Origin: an uncultured Pseudomonadota bacterium
GTDB lineage: Bacteria; Babelota; Babeliae; Babelales; RVW-14
Length of the DNA: 62,079 bases
Assembly (NCBI GenBank): GCA_964388745.1
Contig: CAYMBP010000002.1
Location: forward strand, 20,854 to 82,932
Direction of reading: 5' to 3'
Shown here: positions 47,646-56,789 of the stretch, one piece after another
How positions within the stretch are numbered: the stretch's first letter is position 1
How the letters are laid out: the number at the start of each line of letters is the position of its first letter
The notes under the pieces: model-generated
Seen by the model: only the letters and a program-made list of their open reading frames with translations
The model's database searches: none
Told to the model about the DNA's origin: nothing
Translations under genes and position numbers: made by a program

Positions 47646-48886
47646 AATCCAACCTCCTGAATTGAATTTTTGGTCAAAGTCTTTTTTTTACGCTTAAATA
47701 ACTTTGCTAACTCTGGGTATACAGCTATTAAACCCTGCTTAAATGTTTTATATACGACAGGATAAGAATAGTTTTTCTTTATAAAATCACGAGCATTAAG
47801 ACTAAGTTGCTTATGCAACAACTTATTACGCAAAAGCTCAATAACATAACGAGCCATTGTTTCATCATCATCAATCGCAACTCTATAGCCAGTTATACCA
47901 TCAAGTGTATAATCAACAGTTCCTCCACACATGGTTGCAATAACTGGAATACCATAAGAGAGAGCTTCAACACCAACAATCCCAAAGCCTTCTTGATACG
48001 ATGAAATAACCATCACCTTTGCTCGCTGATATAATGCCTTCAGATCCGCATCACTTACTTGCCCAACAAACCAAATATTTTTCATACAAGGCTTATCTAC
48101 ATAATCCTGATATTCAATAGGTAAAGGTTTTTTTCCAACTACGACTAAACGAGCCTGATCATTTACCTGATGCACTTGCTCAAACATACGCAGTAGCATA
48201 GGAAAATTTTTACGAGGATCACTAAATCGTCCCACTGCGATAACAATCTGCTCATTCTTATTCTCTGATATATTGTCAGGCAGAGTAATAGGAAAACCAC
48301 AGGAGACAAATTTGCGATCAACTCCAGGAACCACAAAGTTCAATTGCTTTGCAGAGTAACTACTTAAAGGAAAAATTAAATTCGCTGCATTAAGAATTTT
48401 CTTTTCAATAGCATTCATTCGCTTATAAGCACAAGAGTCAATAAGTTTACGCATACCAGTTAATTGAGCAACACGCTTATCTCTATCATCGTTATACAGC
48501 GTTGAGACCCACATAACAAATTTTTTATCAAGTAACGCAAGAGGATGTGCAGCAATACTCGTTCCACTCACCATAAAAAAATAATCATAGTCTTGCAAAA
48601 GCGTACGCCAATGATTAATAGTATAAGCATAGTGACCAGGCTCCCAAAAAGCCCATCGAGCTCCAACTTCAACACAGTTCATACCAAAATATGTTAATGA
48701 ACGAGATGATGACGTAAGTGATCCCCGTTTAATGCTTGTTGCAATATCAGGATCAAATCCCAAAAAGAAAACAGTCGGTTCAAAATAATCTAAACAAAAA
48801 TTATAAACAACCTTAACAGATGATAAAACGCCACCATATCGATAAGAATTTTTGAGCGTAAGTATTGCTATTTTTGGTTTTTTCAT
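47642..48886 (-). CDS. Family 4 glycosyltransferase
   Basis: SSYQEGFGIVGVEALSYGIPVIATMCGGTVDY is the EX7E region. It has a 4-nt overlap with the downstream gene. Confidence 0.8.
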   Translation of the reverse strand: MKKPKIAILTLKNSYRYGGVLSSVKVVYNFCLDYFEPTVFFLGFDPDIATSIKRGSLTSSSRSLTYFGMNCVEVGARWAFWEPGHYAYTINHWRTLLQDYDYFFMVSGTSIAAHPLALLDKKFVMWVSTLYNDDRDKRVAQLTGMRKLIDSCAYKRMNAIEKKILNAANLIFPLSSYSAKQLNFVVPGVDRKFVSCGFPITLPDNISENKNEQIVIAVGRFSDPRKNFPMLLRMFEQVHQVNDQARLVVVGKKPLPIEYQDYVDKPCMKNIWFVGQVSDADLKALYQRAKVMVISSYQEGFGIVGVEALSYGIPVIATMCGGTVDYTLDGITGYRVAIDDDETMARYVIELLRNKLLHKQLSLNARDFIKKNYSYPVVYKTFKQGLIAVYPELAKLFKRKKKTLTKNSIQEVGL

Positions 48887-48889
48887 AGG

Positions 48890-49570
48890 CTATGCACCTT
48901 TTGATGATTTGTAAGCAACAAAAAAGAGGTCAGATGCAAGACGCTTTGCATTAACAATACCAAGACGACGAAATAAACCAATGCCTTTTTTGACCATAAA
49001 TCGTGTTCCCTGTGGAAAAAATTCAGCAATAACTTGCGGAGAGACTCCTCCCTCTTTGCGTACTAATTCAACAGTAAAACCTGCTTCTTCTAAAGTCTCT
49101 TTGATAGTATCTGGGACATAATAACGCTTATGGGTCAAATCACTTCTATGATTAAATGTTAAGTTATAAGCTGGTAAAAATTGATCATCATCATGAGGAA
49201 CAGAACCAAGCAAAACTCCTCCCGGTCGAGCAACCCTGAAAAGCTCACTTACAAATGAATGCTCATTTTCAATATGTTCAATGATATCAAAAGCAAAAAT
49301 GGTCGAAAATTGATTATCTTCAAGAGCAAGAGGTTGCTCTAAATCTGCAGACATAAATCGGAATCCATTACTTGTTAGGTCTAATTTATCAATCGATAAA
49401 ATATCCAAATGTGGCTTTTTCTTTACTAACCAGTCACTGTAGTAACAGTACCCAGCCCCAACATCAAGCACCGTCTCTCCTTTGAGATATTCTGTAATAT
49501 ATTTTACCTTTACATCAGACAATTTGCTTAAATCACTATCTAATTTGTTGCATTCCATGAGCATCCTCAT
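48890..49570 (-). CDS. Class I SAM-dependent methyltransferase
   Basis: VLDVGAGYCYYSDW (motif I), FDIIEHIENEHSFVSELFRVARPGGVLL. Confidence 0.75.
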   Translation of the reverse strand: MRMLMECNKLDSDLSKLSDVKVKYITEYLKGETVLDVGAGYCYYSDWLVKKKPHLDILSIDKLDLTSNGFRFMSADLEQPLALEDNQFSTIFAFDIIEHIENEHSFVSELFRVARPGGVLLGSVPHDDDQFLPAYNLTFNHRSDLTHKRYYVPDTIKETLEEAGFTVELVRKEGGVSPQVIAEFFPQGTRFMVKKGIGLFRRLGIVNAKRLASDLFFVAYKSSKGA

Positions 49571-49584
49571 TAAGTTAAATAATA

Positions 49585-50559
49585 TTATAACGCCGAGAAA
49601 ACCTGTCTGAGTAGTTTTGTTAATTCATACTCTTGCACCTTTTTATTACCCTGCCATGCAACCTCTTGCCGCTCTTGATCATGGTGGAGATACCAATCAA
49701 GATTGTCAATACATTCTTCTTGAGATGAAAAGCAACTAATACTCTCTTTTTCCTTAAAAAGAATGTGCGCCTGCTCTTCTGTTCGCTCAGAAAGCAAAAA
49801 AGCGCCACTAGCAGGCACCTCTATAGTTCTCATATTATGAGCATTCATATTTTGCGTTCGTATAAAATTTAATACAATCTTTGATGACTGCAATACCTGG
49901 ACTAATTTTTTATAGTAAAGCGCAGAGCCCTGTACAGCACGTAAAACAAAGGAATCCTGAGCACAACTCCAACGATCTCCCCAGATTACAATATTTGAAG
50001 AGACCTTAGCACGCAGCACAGCTGCAAGCCACTGCTCTCGAGCCAATTCCCACGACCCAACAAAGCAGACGTCAAAGGCGGCATGATGATTTTTAGAAAG
50101 TTTTTGATTTGAAAAGATAGTTTTATCAAAACCAAAAGGAAAGTATTGTATATTTTTGCCCCCAGACGCTTGCAAAAGAGGAATAAGCTGTTGTGACCAT
50201 ATAAGAAAAGAATCATATATCGGTAATGCAAGCAACACCTCTTTATTTGAATTTCCATTCCAAAAAGTAAAGGGATTATCAGGATAAAAATTAATGAGAT
50301 AAGCATTGCTATTGTTTTTTATCCATCGCAAAATTGAAGCTTTTAATAATTCCCCTTTAAGCACAAAAATAATATCTGGCTTATACTTTTGTACTTTATA
50401 ACACAAGACCATATTTGCAATGAATGCTGGGTAGGCGCGATAATTAAATGCTTCAACGCTATACCCCAATTCCACAAGCGCATGGATGAAAGAGAGTGTA
50501 TACGTGTAGTGACCTTTCTTGCTAGGAAGCACTCCAACAAGTAATACACGCTTTATCAT
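49585..50559 (-). CDS. CgeB-like / Glyco_trans_1_2-type glycosyltransferase
   Basis: VCFVGSW...IVIWGDRW...NMRTIEVPASGAFLLSERTEEQAHILFKEKESISCFSSQEE resembles the CgeB/DUF3880 C-terminal domain. Confidence 0.6.
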   Translation of the reverse strand: MIKRVLLVGVLPSKKGHYTYTLSFIHALVELGYSVEAFNYRAYPAFIANMVLCYKVQKYKPDIIFVLKGELLKASILRWIKNNSNAYLINFYPDNPFTFWNGNSNKEVLLALPIYDSFLIWSQQLIPLLQASGGKNIQYFPFGFDKTIFSNQKLSKNHHAAFDVCFVGSWELAREQWLAAVLRAKVSSNIVIWGDRWSCAQDSFVLRAVQGSALYYKKLVQVLQSSKIVLNFIRTQNMNAHNMRTIEVPASGAFLLSERTEEQAHILFKEKESISCFSSQEECIDNLDWYLHHDQERQEVAWQGNKKVQEYELTKLLRQVFSAL

Positions 50560-50579
50560 ATACTACCTCTCATCTAAAA

Positions 50580-51884
50580 TTAATTAAATAATATTTCACT
50601 CATTCGACGAGCTGAGGCTGGAATTTCTATAAAAAATAACCAAAAATCTTTCCATGAACATGCAAGTTCACGAAATATTTTTGCCCAAAAAGTAATAACA
50701 GCAATACTCAACATCAACCCCATAGCAAGAGCCCCTCCCCATGCCTGAAAATAAAGAACAAGCCAAGGCGCACAGATAATAATCACCAAAGACTGCAATA
50801 CTTGACTCTTCGTCAACACCCACGGATTTTTAAAGCCATACAGAAAAACCCCAGGTGCATCATCAAAAAAGGCCCGCAAAATACCATACAGCGTCATTAC
50901 TTGATAAACAGAAATCATTGGAATCCATTTTTCTCCAATCAACCATGGAATCCAAGAGTGAGCGGTCAATGCCATAAGAGACTGCACTGGAATGAGAGTA
51001 ATCATCTTAATAGTTTGGGACCGAACAAAAATTTTTTTTATTTCGATAGTATTAAATTGATATTGTGCATACAATGGAGTTGTCAAACGATTAAAAATAC
51101 CAGTAAGCATAACGGGAAAAGTTGCCATGGAAAAAGCTTTTGCATACAAGCCAGCTTCATAGGTTGAGCACATTTTTCCAACTAAAAATGGCATAAATTC
51201 ATAGATTGTCAGGCTTACAATCCCGCCAAGCCACGTTGCCAAGCCAAAGCTTGAAAAAAATGTACGAGCAATACGATAATCAAACTTTAGACCACATTTC
51301 CACGGACTAGCACAAAAGTAAGCAAAGGAAATAAAACCTTTATCAATGAATCGTTGCACAACCAGACTCCAGACCCCCCAGCCGTAAGAAGCGGCAAGAC
51401 AGGCAAGAGCATAACTTAAAATAATATTGCCAAATTCAAGACCGGCAAGGGTATTAAGCTTGTAGGTCCGTTCTAAAATAGTACGATAAGTTAATCCTAT
51501 TTTTTCACACCAATACACACCACATAAGACCATAACAAGATAAAAGTGATCGTGTATAAACGAAAAATCTGCAATATAATAAAAGGAAGTAAAGGTAATA
51601 AAAGGAATTACCCCCAAACAAAATCGAATCCAAAAATGGGTGCTTGCAGCCTGATCTAAAGGGATTTCTTTATGCGCCATAAACCCTTGCTCCCAGCCCC
51701 ACTCTACAATCCAATTAAAAAAAATAAAGTAAAAAAGCAGCATAGCCAAAAGACCAAAATCTTGAGGCATCAACATGCGTGTTAGCATAATTGAAAACAA
51801 CATATTGCATGCCATTCCACCATACTGACCAAGAAATAGTGATATAAAATTTTTTAGAATTTGTTTATGAGAAAATTCACTCAT
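50580..51884 (-). CDS. wzx: Wzx-type (MOP superfamily) polysaccharide flippase
   Basis: About 12 TM segments. The N-terminal block is ILKNFISLFLGQYGGMACNMLFSIMLTRMLMPQDFGLLAM, typical of polysaccharide biosynthesis (Wzx) proteins. Confidence 0.7.
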   Translation of the reverse strand: MSEFSHKQILKNFISLFLGQYGGMACNMLFSIMLTRMLMPQDFGLLAMLLFYFIFFNWIVEWGWEQGFMAHKEIPLDQAASTHFWIRFCLGVIPFITFTSFYYIADFSFIHDHFYLVMVLCGVYWCEKIGLTYRTILERTYKLNTLAGLEFGNIILSYALACLAASYGWGVWSLVVQRFIDKGFISFAYFCASPWKCGLKFDYRIARTFFSSFGLATWLGGIVSLTIYEFMPFLVGKMCSTYEAGLYAKAFSMATFPVMLTGIFNRLTTPLYAQYQFNTIEIKKIFVRSQTIKMITLIPVQSLMALTAHSWIPWLIGEKWIPMISVYQVMTLYGILRAFFDDAPGVFLYGFKNPWVLTKSQVLQSLVIIICAPWLVLYFQAWGGALAMGLMLSIAVITFWAKIFRELACSWKDFWLFFIEIPASARRMSEILFN

Positions 51885-53056
51885 TACTCTCCCACAAGAT
51901 TACGATATACATCATATACAGAATCTCCATATGTATCCCACCCAAGCTCTTTGCTCTTTTTTTGAGCCTGAATCCCCATCACCAGCAACTCTTCACGATG
52001 CAGATAACTCCATAATAAAGCTTCGGCCAAGACCTGAACATCTCCTGCTGCAATGATTCTTCCTTCAATACCATCACGTATAATATCTGGGCCACCCGTA
52101 TTTTGAGTACAAACAACAGAGAGCCCACTTGCCATGGCCTCTCCCATTACCATCCCAAAACCATCTTCAATTGAAGGCAATACAAAAAGAGTTGCTGTTT
52201 TATAAATGTGCTTCAAATCATCGCGAGATAAAGGTCCCATAAAAACAATGGAATTATCATCTTGATACTGGGCTACTAATTTTTTAACATCATGCTGAAT
52301 TGAACCAACAATAACTAATTCTGCAAACTGATCAAGCTCTTGCTTAATTTTTTTCCATGCCTGCAACAAAAGACGAATCCCCTTGCGTAAACAGACAAGC
52401 CCAACAAAGACAACACGAAAAACAGTGTCTGAACGGCGCTGATGTTCATCATAAAAAAAATCAATATCAGCACCACAAGCAACCTTAAGCAACTTGCAAG
52501 CAGGTACTCCTTGACGAACAAAACCATCATACACAAACTGTGAAGGTGTCATAATATAATTGGTCATCTCATACTCTGCACACATTTTTTCTTTATTCTC
52601 TTGTAAAATAGGAGGAGCCTTAAGCCCTGCGGCATCATACTCTTTTTGTAATAATCGCTCTTGTTCTAAAATATGGCTTGACCCGGACTCTACAATAACA
52701 ACGCGAGATTTTTTTTTAATCTGCGGCATACTCCACCGACAATAATGAGCCCAGACAACAAAAATATCTACAAAGGGCATTGATGCTACTTCTTTTTTAA
52801 GAGTCGCGTCAAACCAATTATCTTTGAATCGATTAACAATAGAAGCCGGAATAAACTTACCCATTCTCAACCGGTTGTAAAAAATATCTATTAATTGACA
52901 GGCATAAACAGATGTAACTCGATGCTGAGAAAGTACCTGATAATCTGAAGCAAGAACACTCCCAGAATAGAGGCGTTCAAGCAGATTGCGTTTTTCCATT
53001 TGCTGAGCAAGACGAATGGCATGAAATCGTCCTGCAGCTGCTATTGCAACCTTCAC
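51884..53056 (-). CDS. Family 4 glycosyltransferase
   Basis: PSIEDGFGMVMGEAMASGLSVVCTQNTGGPDII is the EX7E region. It has a 1-nt overlap with the flippase gene. Confidence 0.8.
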   Translation of the reverse strand: MKVAIAAAGRFHAIRLAQQMEKRNLLERLYSGSVLASDYQVLSQHRVTSVYACQLIDIFYNRLRMGKFIPASIVNRFKDNWFDATLKKEVASMPFVDIFVVWAHYCRWSMPQIKKKSRVVIVESGSSHILEQERLLQKEYDAAGLKAPPILQENKEKMCAEYEMTNYIMTPSQFVYDGFVRQGVPACKLLKVACGADIDFFYDEHQRRSDTVFRVVFVGLVCLRKGIRLLLQAWKKIKQELDQFAELVIVGSIQHDVKKLVAQYQDDNSIVFMGPLSRDDLKHIYKTATLFVLPSIEDGFGMVMGEAMASGLSVVCTQNTGGPDIIRDGIEGRIIAAGDVQVLAEALLWSYLHREELLVMGIQAQKKSKELGWDTYGDSVYDVYRNLVGE

Positions 53057-53157
53057 ATCTACTCCCGCTTACAATGATTTTGATTCAATAGTAATCTCTT
53101 TTTTCTTCAAAGCCTAGCATGCATTATAGAGGAGAACAACTTATCTCTTTTAGGCTT

Positions 53158-54147
53158 CTATTCAATAATAAGATGAGTACCTGGCTCCAAAGAAAGCGAA
53201 GCACCTGCATTACATTGAATAATACTTTGTTCAGAAAGAGAAAGAGCAACCCCCTCTGGTCCAGACAACTGACTTTGTCCATTTATAGTTAATCTTCCCC
53301 GAGGCTGAGCACTAAGAGAAGGCTGTCGGAATAAAGGAAAAAGAGGTGATGTATTTGTATAAACAAGCCTTGCAGAATCAAGAACAATTCCAGTTACCTC
53401 ATCTCCTGATAAAACTTCATTAACATTTAACTCCAGGCCTTGACCAATTGACAATTCCCCCTGATTATCTAGTATAAATGTATTTGTAATAGTAAGACTC
53501 TTCCCTTCTCGCCCTCTAAGAAAACATGCATTTTTAAATACTACAAAAGTACTATTAAAGTTACTGCTTACCCCCCTCAAATCAATAAGCGTATTATCAA
53601 ATTCAAGGCGACTAGGAGCAAGATCGGTGGTAAAAAAACGTGAATTAAGAGGGGTCCGAAAAAACATATCTTTAAAAACACACCTACTAACATTATTTGT
53701 AAATGCAAGTGATACATTTCCACTATTTATCAATATACTCCCTTTTCCCTGACCATCAAAAATTATATTTGACGTTACAATAATGCCATCAGTTATTAAT
53801 TTATCTCTTAAAAAGAATAGAGTCTTATCTTCTGCTTGTAAATAACCACTTCCTGAAATAGCCACATCTGGGCCAAGTTTTAAATGATCATCAAGAATTA
53901 ATGTCCCATTATTCATAACAATATCACCGCCAACTTGTTGAGTAATATTAATAATAACAGTACCATTGGGGGGCAAGTCAAATCCATCTTTAAAGTAAAC
54001 ATTCCCCCGTACTAATTCATAAGGTGTAAGAGAATAACGCGCATCTAGATAGATAGGCGTTACTGTTCCATCTAAGGTTGCATATACATTTTGAGTAGAC
54101 CAAACTATGCATGCCAATAAAATACCGATTTTCTTCACTTCACACAC
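53158..54147 (-). CDS. Secreted (possibly lipoprotein) beta-rich protein, putative parallel beta-helix
   Basis: The N-terminus VKKIGILLACIVWSTQNVYA contains a lipobox-like LLAC. It has repeated short G/N/T/I/L-rich strand-like units (GGDIVMNNGTLILDD, GSILINSGNVSLAFTNN, SLTITNTFILDNQGELSIGQG). No family recognised. Confidence 0.55.
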   Translation of the reverse strand: MCEVKKIGILLACIVWSTQNVYATLDGTVTPIYLDARYSLTPYELVRGNVYFKDGFDLPPNGTVIINITQQVGGDIVMNNGTLILDDHLKLGPDVAISGSGYLQAEDKTLFFLRDKLITDGIIVTSNIIFDGQGKGSILINSGNVSLAFTNNVSRCVFKDMFFRTPLNSRFFTTDLAPSRLEFDNTLIDLRGVSSNFNSTFVVFKNACFLRGREGKSLTITNTFILDNQGELSIGQGLELNVNEVLSGDEVTGIVLDSARLVYTNTSPLFPLFRQPSLSAQPRGRLTINGQSQLSGPEGVALSLSEQSIIQCNAGASLSLEPGTHLIIE

Positions 54148-54274
54148 TCCTTTAAATAAAGATTTCTTACTTTTTCCTTTTTAAATATACTCCTTTTTAA
54201 GTGGCTCCTGTTTTAGTTAGACATCCCATAAATACGTAACAATTTATTACATAAAATTATTACTCTATAAATTA

Positions 54275-55516
54275 CTATAGCAAGAAATTAATCAAATCCT
54301 CTTGGCGAACTTTTTCTGACTTGCCACTCATCATATTTTTAATCATTACCACACCCTCTTTTTGCTCATCTTCACCTATGAGTAGTACAAATGAAGGCGC
54401 TAAACGATTTGCTTTTTTCATAAGATTGGTCATTGATGCCTCATCTAAAATAATATCAGCAGCAATACCTTGCGCTGTTAATTGTTGCAATAAGAGCAAC
54501 CCAAGTTGTTTTTGTTTTGGGCCTAGGGGAAGTATAACATGAAGAGCTTGATCTTTCTTGAGCATAAGAAGATCTTGACGGGACTCAAGTAACATCAAGA
54601 CTCGACCAATACCAATTGCAGCCCCAACAGAATCATAATCTTGTCGTCCATTTGTTTGCTTTCCAAGAGTATATCTTCCTCCACCACAAAAGGCATTTTG
54701 TGCTCCAAGCTCTGCAGAGGTAAACTCAAACACCGTTCGATTATAATAATCAAGACCACGCACCAACTTTTTATCTATAATAAAACTAACAGACATAAGT
54801 TCAAGCATAGTTGTTACCTGCTTCCATTCTTGAGCACTCTGCTCACTCAAGCAATCAATAATATTAGGAGCATTATCATACAACTTCTGACAATCACTGT
54901 TTTTACAGTCAAAAATACGAAGGGTGTTCACCTCTTTACGCTTCAGGCAAGTTGGACACATTTTATTTTCATATTGACCAAGATAGGTCAAAAGCTTTTC
55001 TCTATGATTTTTTCGATCTTCAGGTGAGCCAAGATAGTTTAATTTTAAAACGGCAGTATCAATCTTAAATTTTTCAAGAAAAAGATGATTAAGCATTGCA
55101 ATAAGCAGACTATCATGCATTACATAAGGTGTATTAATAAGCTCAATATTGAATTGAGAGAATTGCCTCCAACGCCCTTTTTGTGGTCGCTCTCTGCGAA
55201 ACGCTGGCCCATGAGAGAAAACTTTCCATGGACGCGCGGTCAAACTATTTTCACCATAAGCTCGAATAGTTGAAGCAGTAAACTCAGGACGCAAGCAGAT
55301 ACTCTCTTCACCATCCTGATCGAAAGTATACATTTCTTTTGATACCACATCAGTATGCTCCCCAAGAGCGTGAAGAAATAGTTTGGTTTGCTCAAGAATA
55401 GGCGTTTCAATATAAGTAAAATTATGCAAAGAAAGATGATGAGTCGCTGTCTCAATAAAAAATGTCAGCAATGATGTATCTAGATGATCTTGAGTTCCGC
55501 GCACACGATTAATCAT
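54275..55516 (-). CDS. hisS: Histidine--tRNA ligase
   Basis: RGTQDHL, the class II motif 2 FRRERPQKGRWRQFSQFNIE, the GGGRY motif 3 region, and the anticodon-binding C-terminus. Confidence 0.9.
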   Translation of the reverse strand: MINRVRGTQDHLDTSLLTFFIETATHHLSLHNFTYIETPILEQTKLFLHALGEHTDVVSKEMYTFDQDGEESICLRPEFTASTIRAYGENSLTARPWKVFSHGPAFRRERPQKGRWRQFSQFNIELINTPYVMHDSLLIAMLNHLFLEKFKIDTAVLKLNYLGSPEDRKNHREKLLTYLGQYENKMCPTCLKRKEVNTLRIFDCKNSDCQKLYDNAPNIIDCLSEQSAQEWKQVTTMLELMSVSFIIDKKLVRGLDYYNRTVFEFTSAELGAQNAFCGGGRYTLGKQTNGRQDYDSVGAAIGIGRVLMLLESRQDLLMLKKDQALHVILPLGPKQKQLGLLLLQQLTAQGIAADIILDEASMTNLMKKANRLAPSFVLLIGEDEQKEGVVMIKNMMSGKSEKVRQEDLINFLL

Positions 55517-55721
55517 AAATGTCCTTTCTGCATAATATTTCTAATAATTGCTAAAGCTGAGTATAGCGCAAAAATAGTTTTTTGTCTGATCTTATAAAGC
55601 TCAGATAAAAAACTATTTTTTTAAAACTTTAAGCCTTGTATAAGCCCTCACATTACACTCTCTGCCACCACATCAAACTAAAAATTACAAGCACCATACA
55701 AAAAAGACTCTCTTTATATAA

Positions 55722-55749
55722 TTGACTTATTTTAAATTTTCGCTATAAG
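55722..55749 (+). promoter_or_regulatory. Sigma-70-type promoter candidate for the ThyA-like/NUDIX pair
   Basis: TTGACT (55722-55727), a 16-nt spacer, then TATAAG (55744-55749). A GAAGGAAG Shine-Dalgarno sequence precedes the ATG at 55797. Confidence 0.45.
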
Positions 55750-55796
55750 TAATGCATTAAATAATCACCTGGCATAAAACAGCACAGAAGGAAGTT

Positions 55797-56789
55797 ATGC
55801 ATCACTCATTTGTCACTCCTCTTATTTTTACACTTTTCTTTTTTTGCACCAATATTCAAGCAATGAATCTCTTCCAACAAAGAGAAGATTCTTCTACATC
55901 AGTTAGCAAACTTGTAGAACATCATCATATTGCAAAGGACTCACTTGACGAACTTGTTATTGCGGGAATTAGATTAATCAATTCTATTGGTTACCAATTT
56001 AAAGCACTGGCTGGAAATGGAATTCAAGCTTACAATGTCACCTATACACTACTCAATCCCCGAAATCGACTTCACCTTTTACGGCAGCCATGCTCCACAC
56101 GCTACCTTTGTCGAGAGCTTTTGGCCTATTTCAAGGGAAGCCTGCAAGTTAATGAAGGCCTTGCCCAAGCCTCAAAAATTTGGCAGTCTTTAGCAGATGA
56201 AAAAGGATGCATTAATTCAAATTATGGCTACTATGTCTTTCATCAAAGAGTACCTGAGTTTGATAATAAAACACAATATGAGTGGGTCATTTCTTGCCTT
56301 TTAAAAAATCCAGACTCTCGAAAAGCATTTATTAATATCAACCAGCCCTTGCATAAACGTCTTTCATCTAAAGATTTTCCTTGTACTCTTGGCATGCAGT
56401 TCTTTATTCAAGAGAAGCATCTCTGCTCTGTTATTTCTTCAAGAAGTACAGATATTTTTACTGGACTTCCCTATGATATGGGATTCTTTTCACTTGTAAC
56501 AGAACTTGTGTATCAAGATTTAAAAGAAAGAAATCCTACAACTTTTGCAGATTTACAGCTTGGTTATACAAGCATGAAGACTAACTTTACGCAAATTTAT
56601 GATAAAAAAAAGAAAAATGCTTTTGAGCTACTCAAAAGTCCTCTTATTAATGATGCTAACAACATTGAGACACTTAACATTAAAATGCCTCGTATTGAAT
56701 CAGCTCAAGATACATTGCACGATATTTATAATGAAACTCAAAACAGCCCAATCATGAAATGGATCTACACACATGCACAACTCAATTAA
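55797..56789 (+). CDS. Divergent thymidylate synthase/dCMP-hydroxymethylase superfamily protein with a hydrophobic N-terminal segment
   Basis: These blocks align by eye to E. coli ThyA: RELLAYFKGS (ELLWFLQG), IWQSLADEKG..NYGY (IWDEWADENG..VYGK), LKNPDSRKAFININ (LKNDPDSRRIIVSAWN), and FPCTLGMQFFIQEKHLCSVISSRSTDIFTGLPYDMGFFSLVTELV ([45 protein letters not shown]). Confidence 0.65.
   Translation: MHHSFVTPLIFTLFFFCTNIQAMNLFQQREDSSTSVSKLVEHHHIAKDSLDELVIAGIRLINSIGYQFKALAGNGIQAYNVTYTLLNPRNRLHLLRQPCSTRYLCRELLAYFKGSLQVNEGLAQASKIWQSLADEKGCINSNYGYYVFHQRVPEFDNKTQYEWVISCLLKNPDSRKAFININQPLHKRLSSKDFPCTLGMQFFIQEKHLCSVISSRSTDIFTGLPYDMGFFSLVTELVYQDLKERNPTTFADLQLGYTSMKTNFTQIYDKKKKNAFELLKSPLINDANNIETLNIKMPRIESAQDTLHDIYNETQNSPIMKWIYTHAQLN

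Noticed and set aside
55517-55796. A T-box or other leader upstream of hisS. An AT-only 14-bp inverted repeat (AAAAATAGTTTTTT / AAAAAACTATTTTT) lies at 55570-55620.
   Set aside because: No T-box consensus (AGAGA, GGTGGTACCGCG-like) is present on the hisS strand. The inverted repeat is pure A/T and could arise by chance in this composition.
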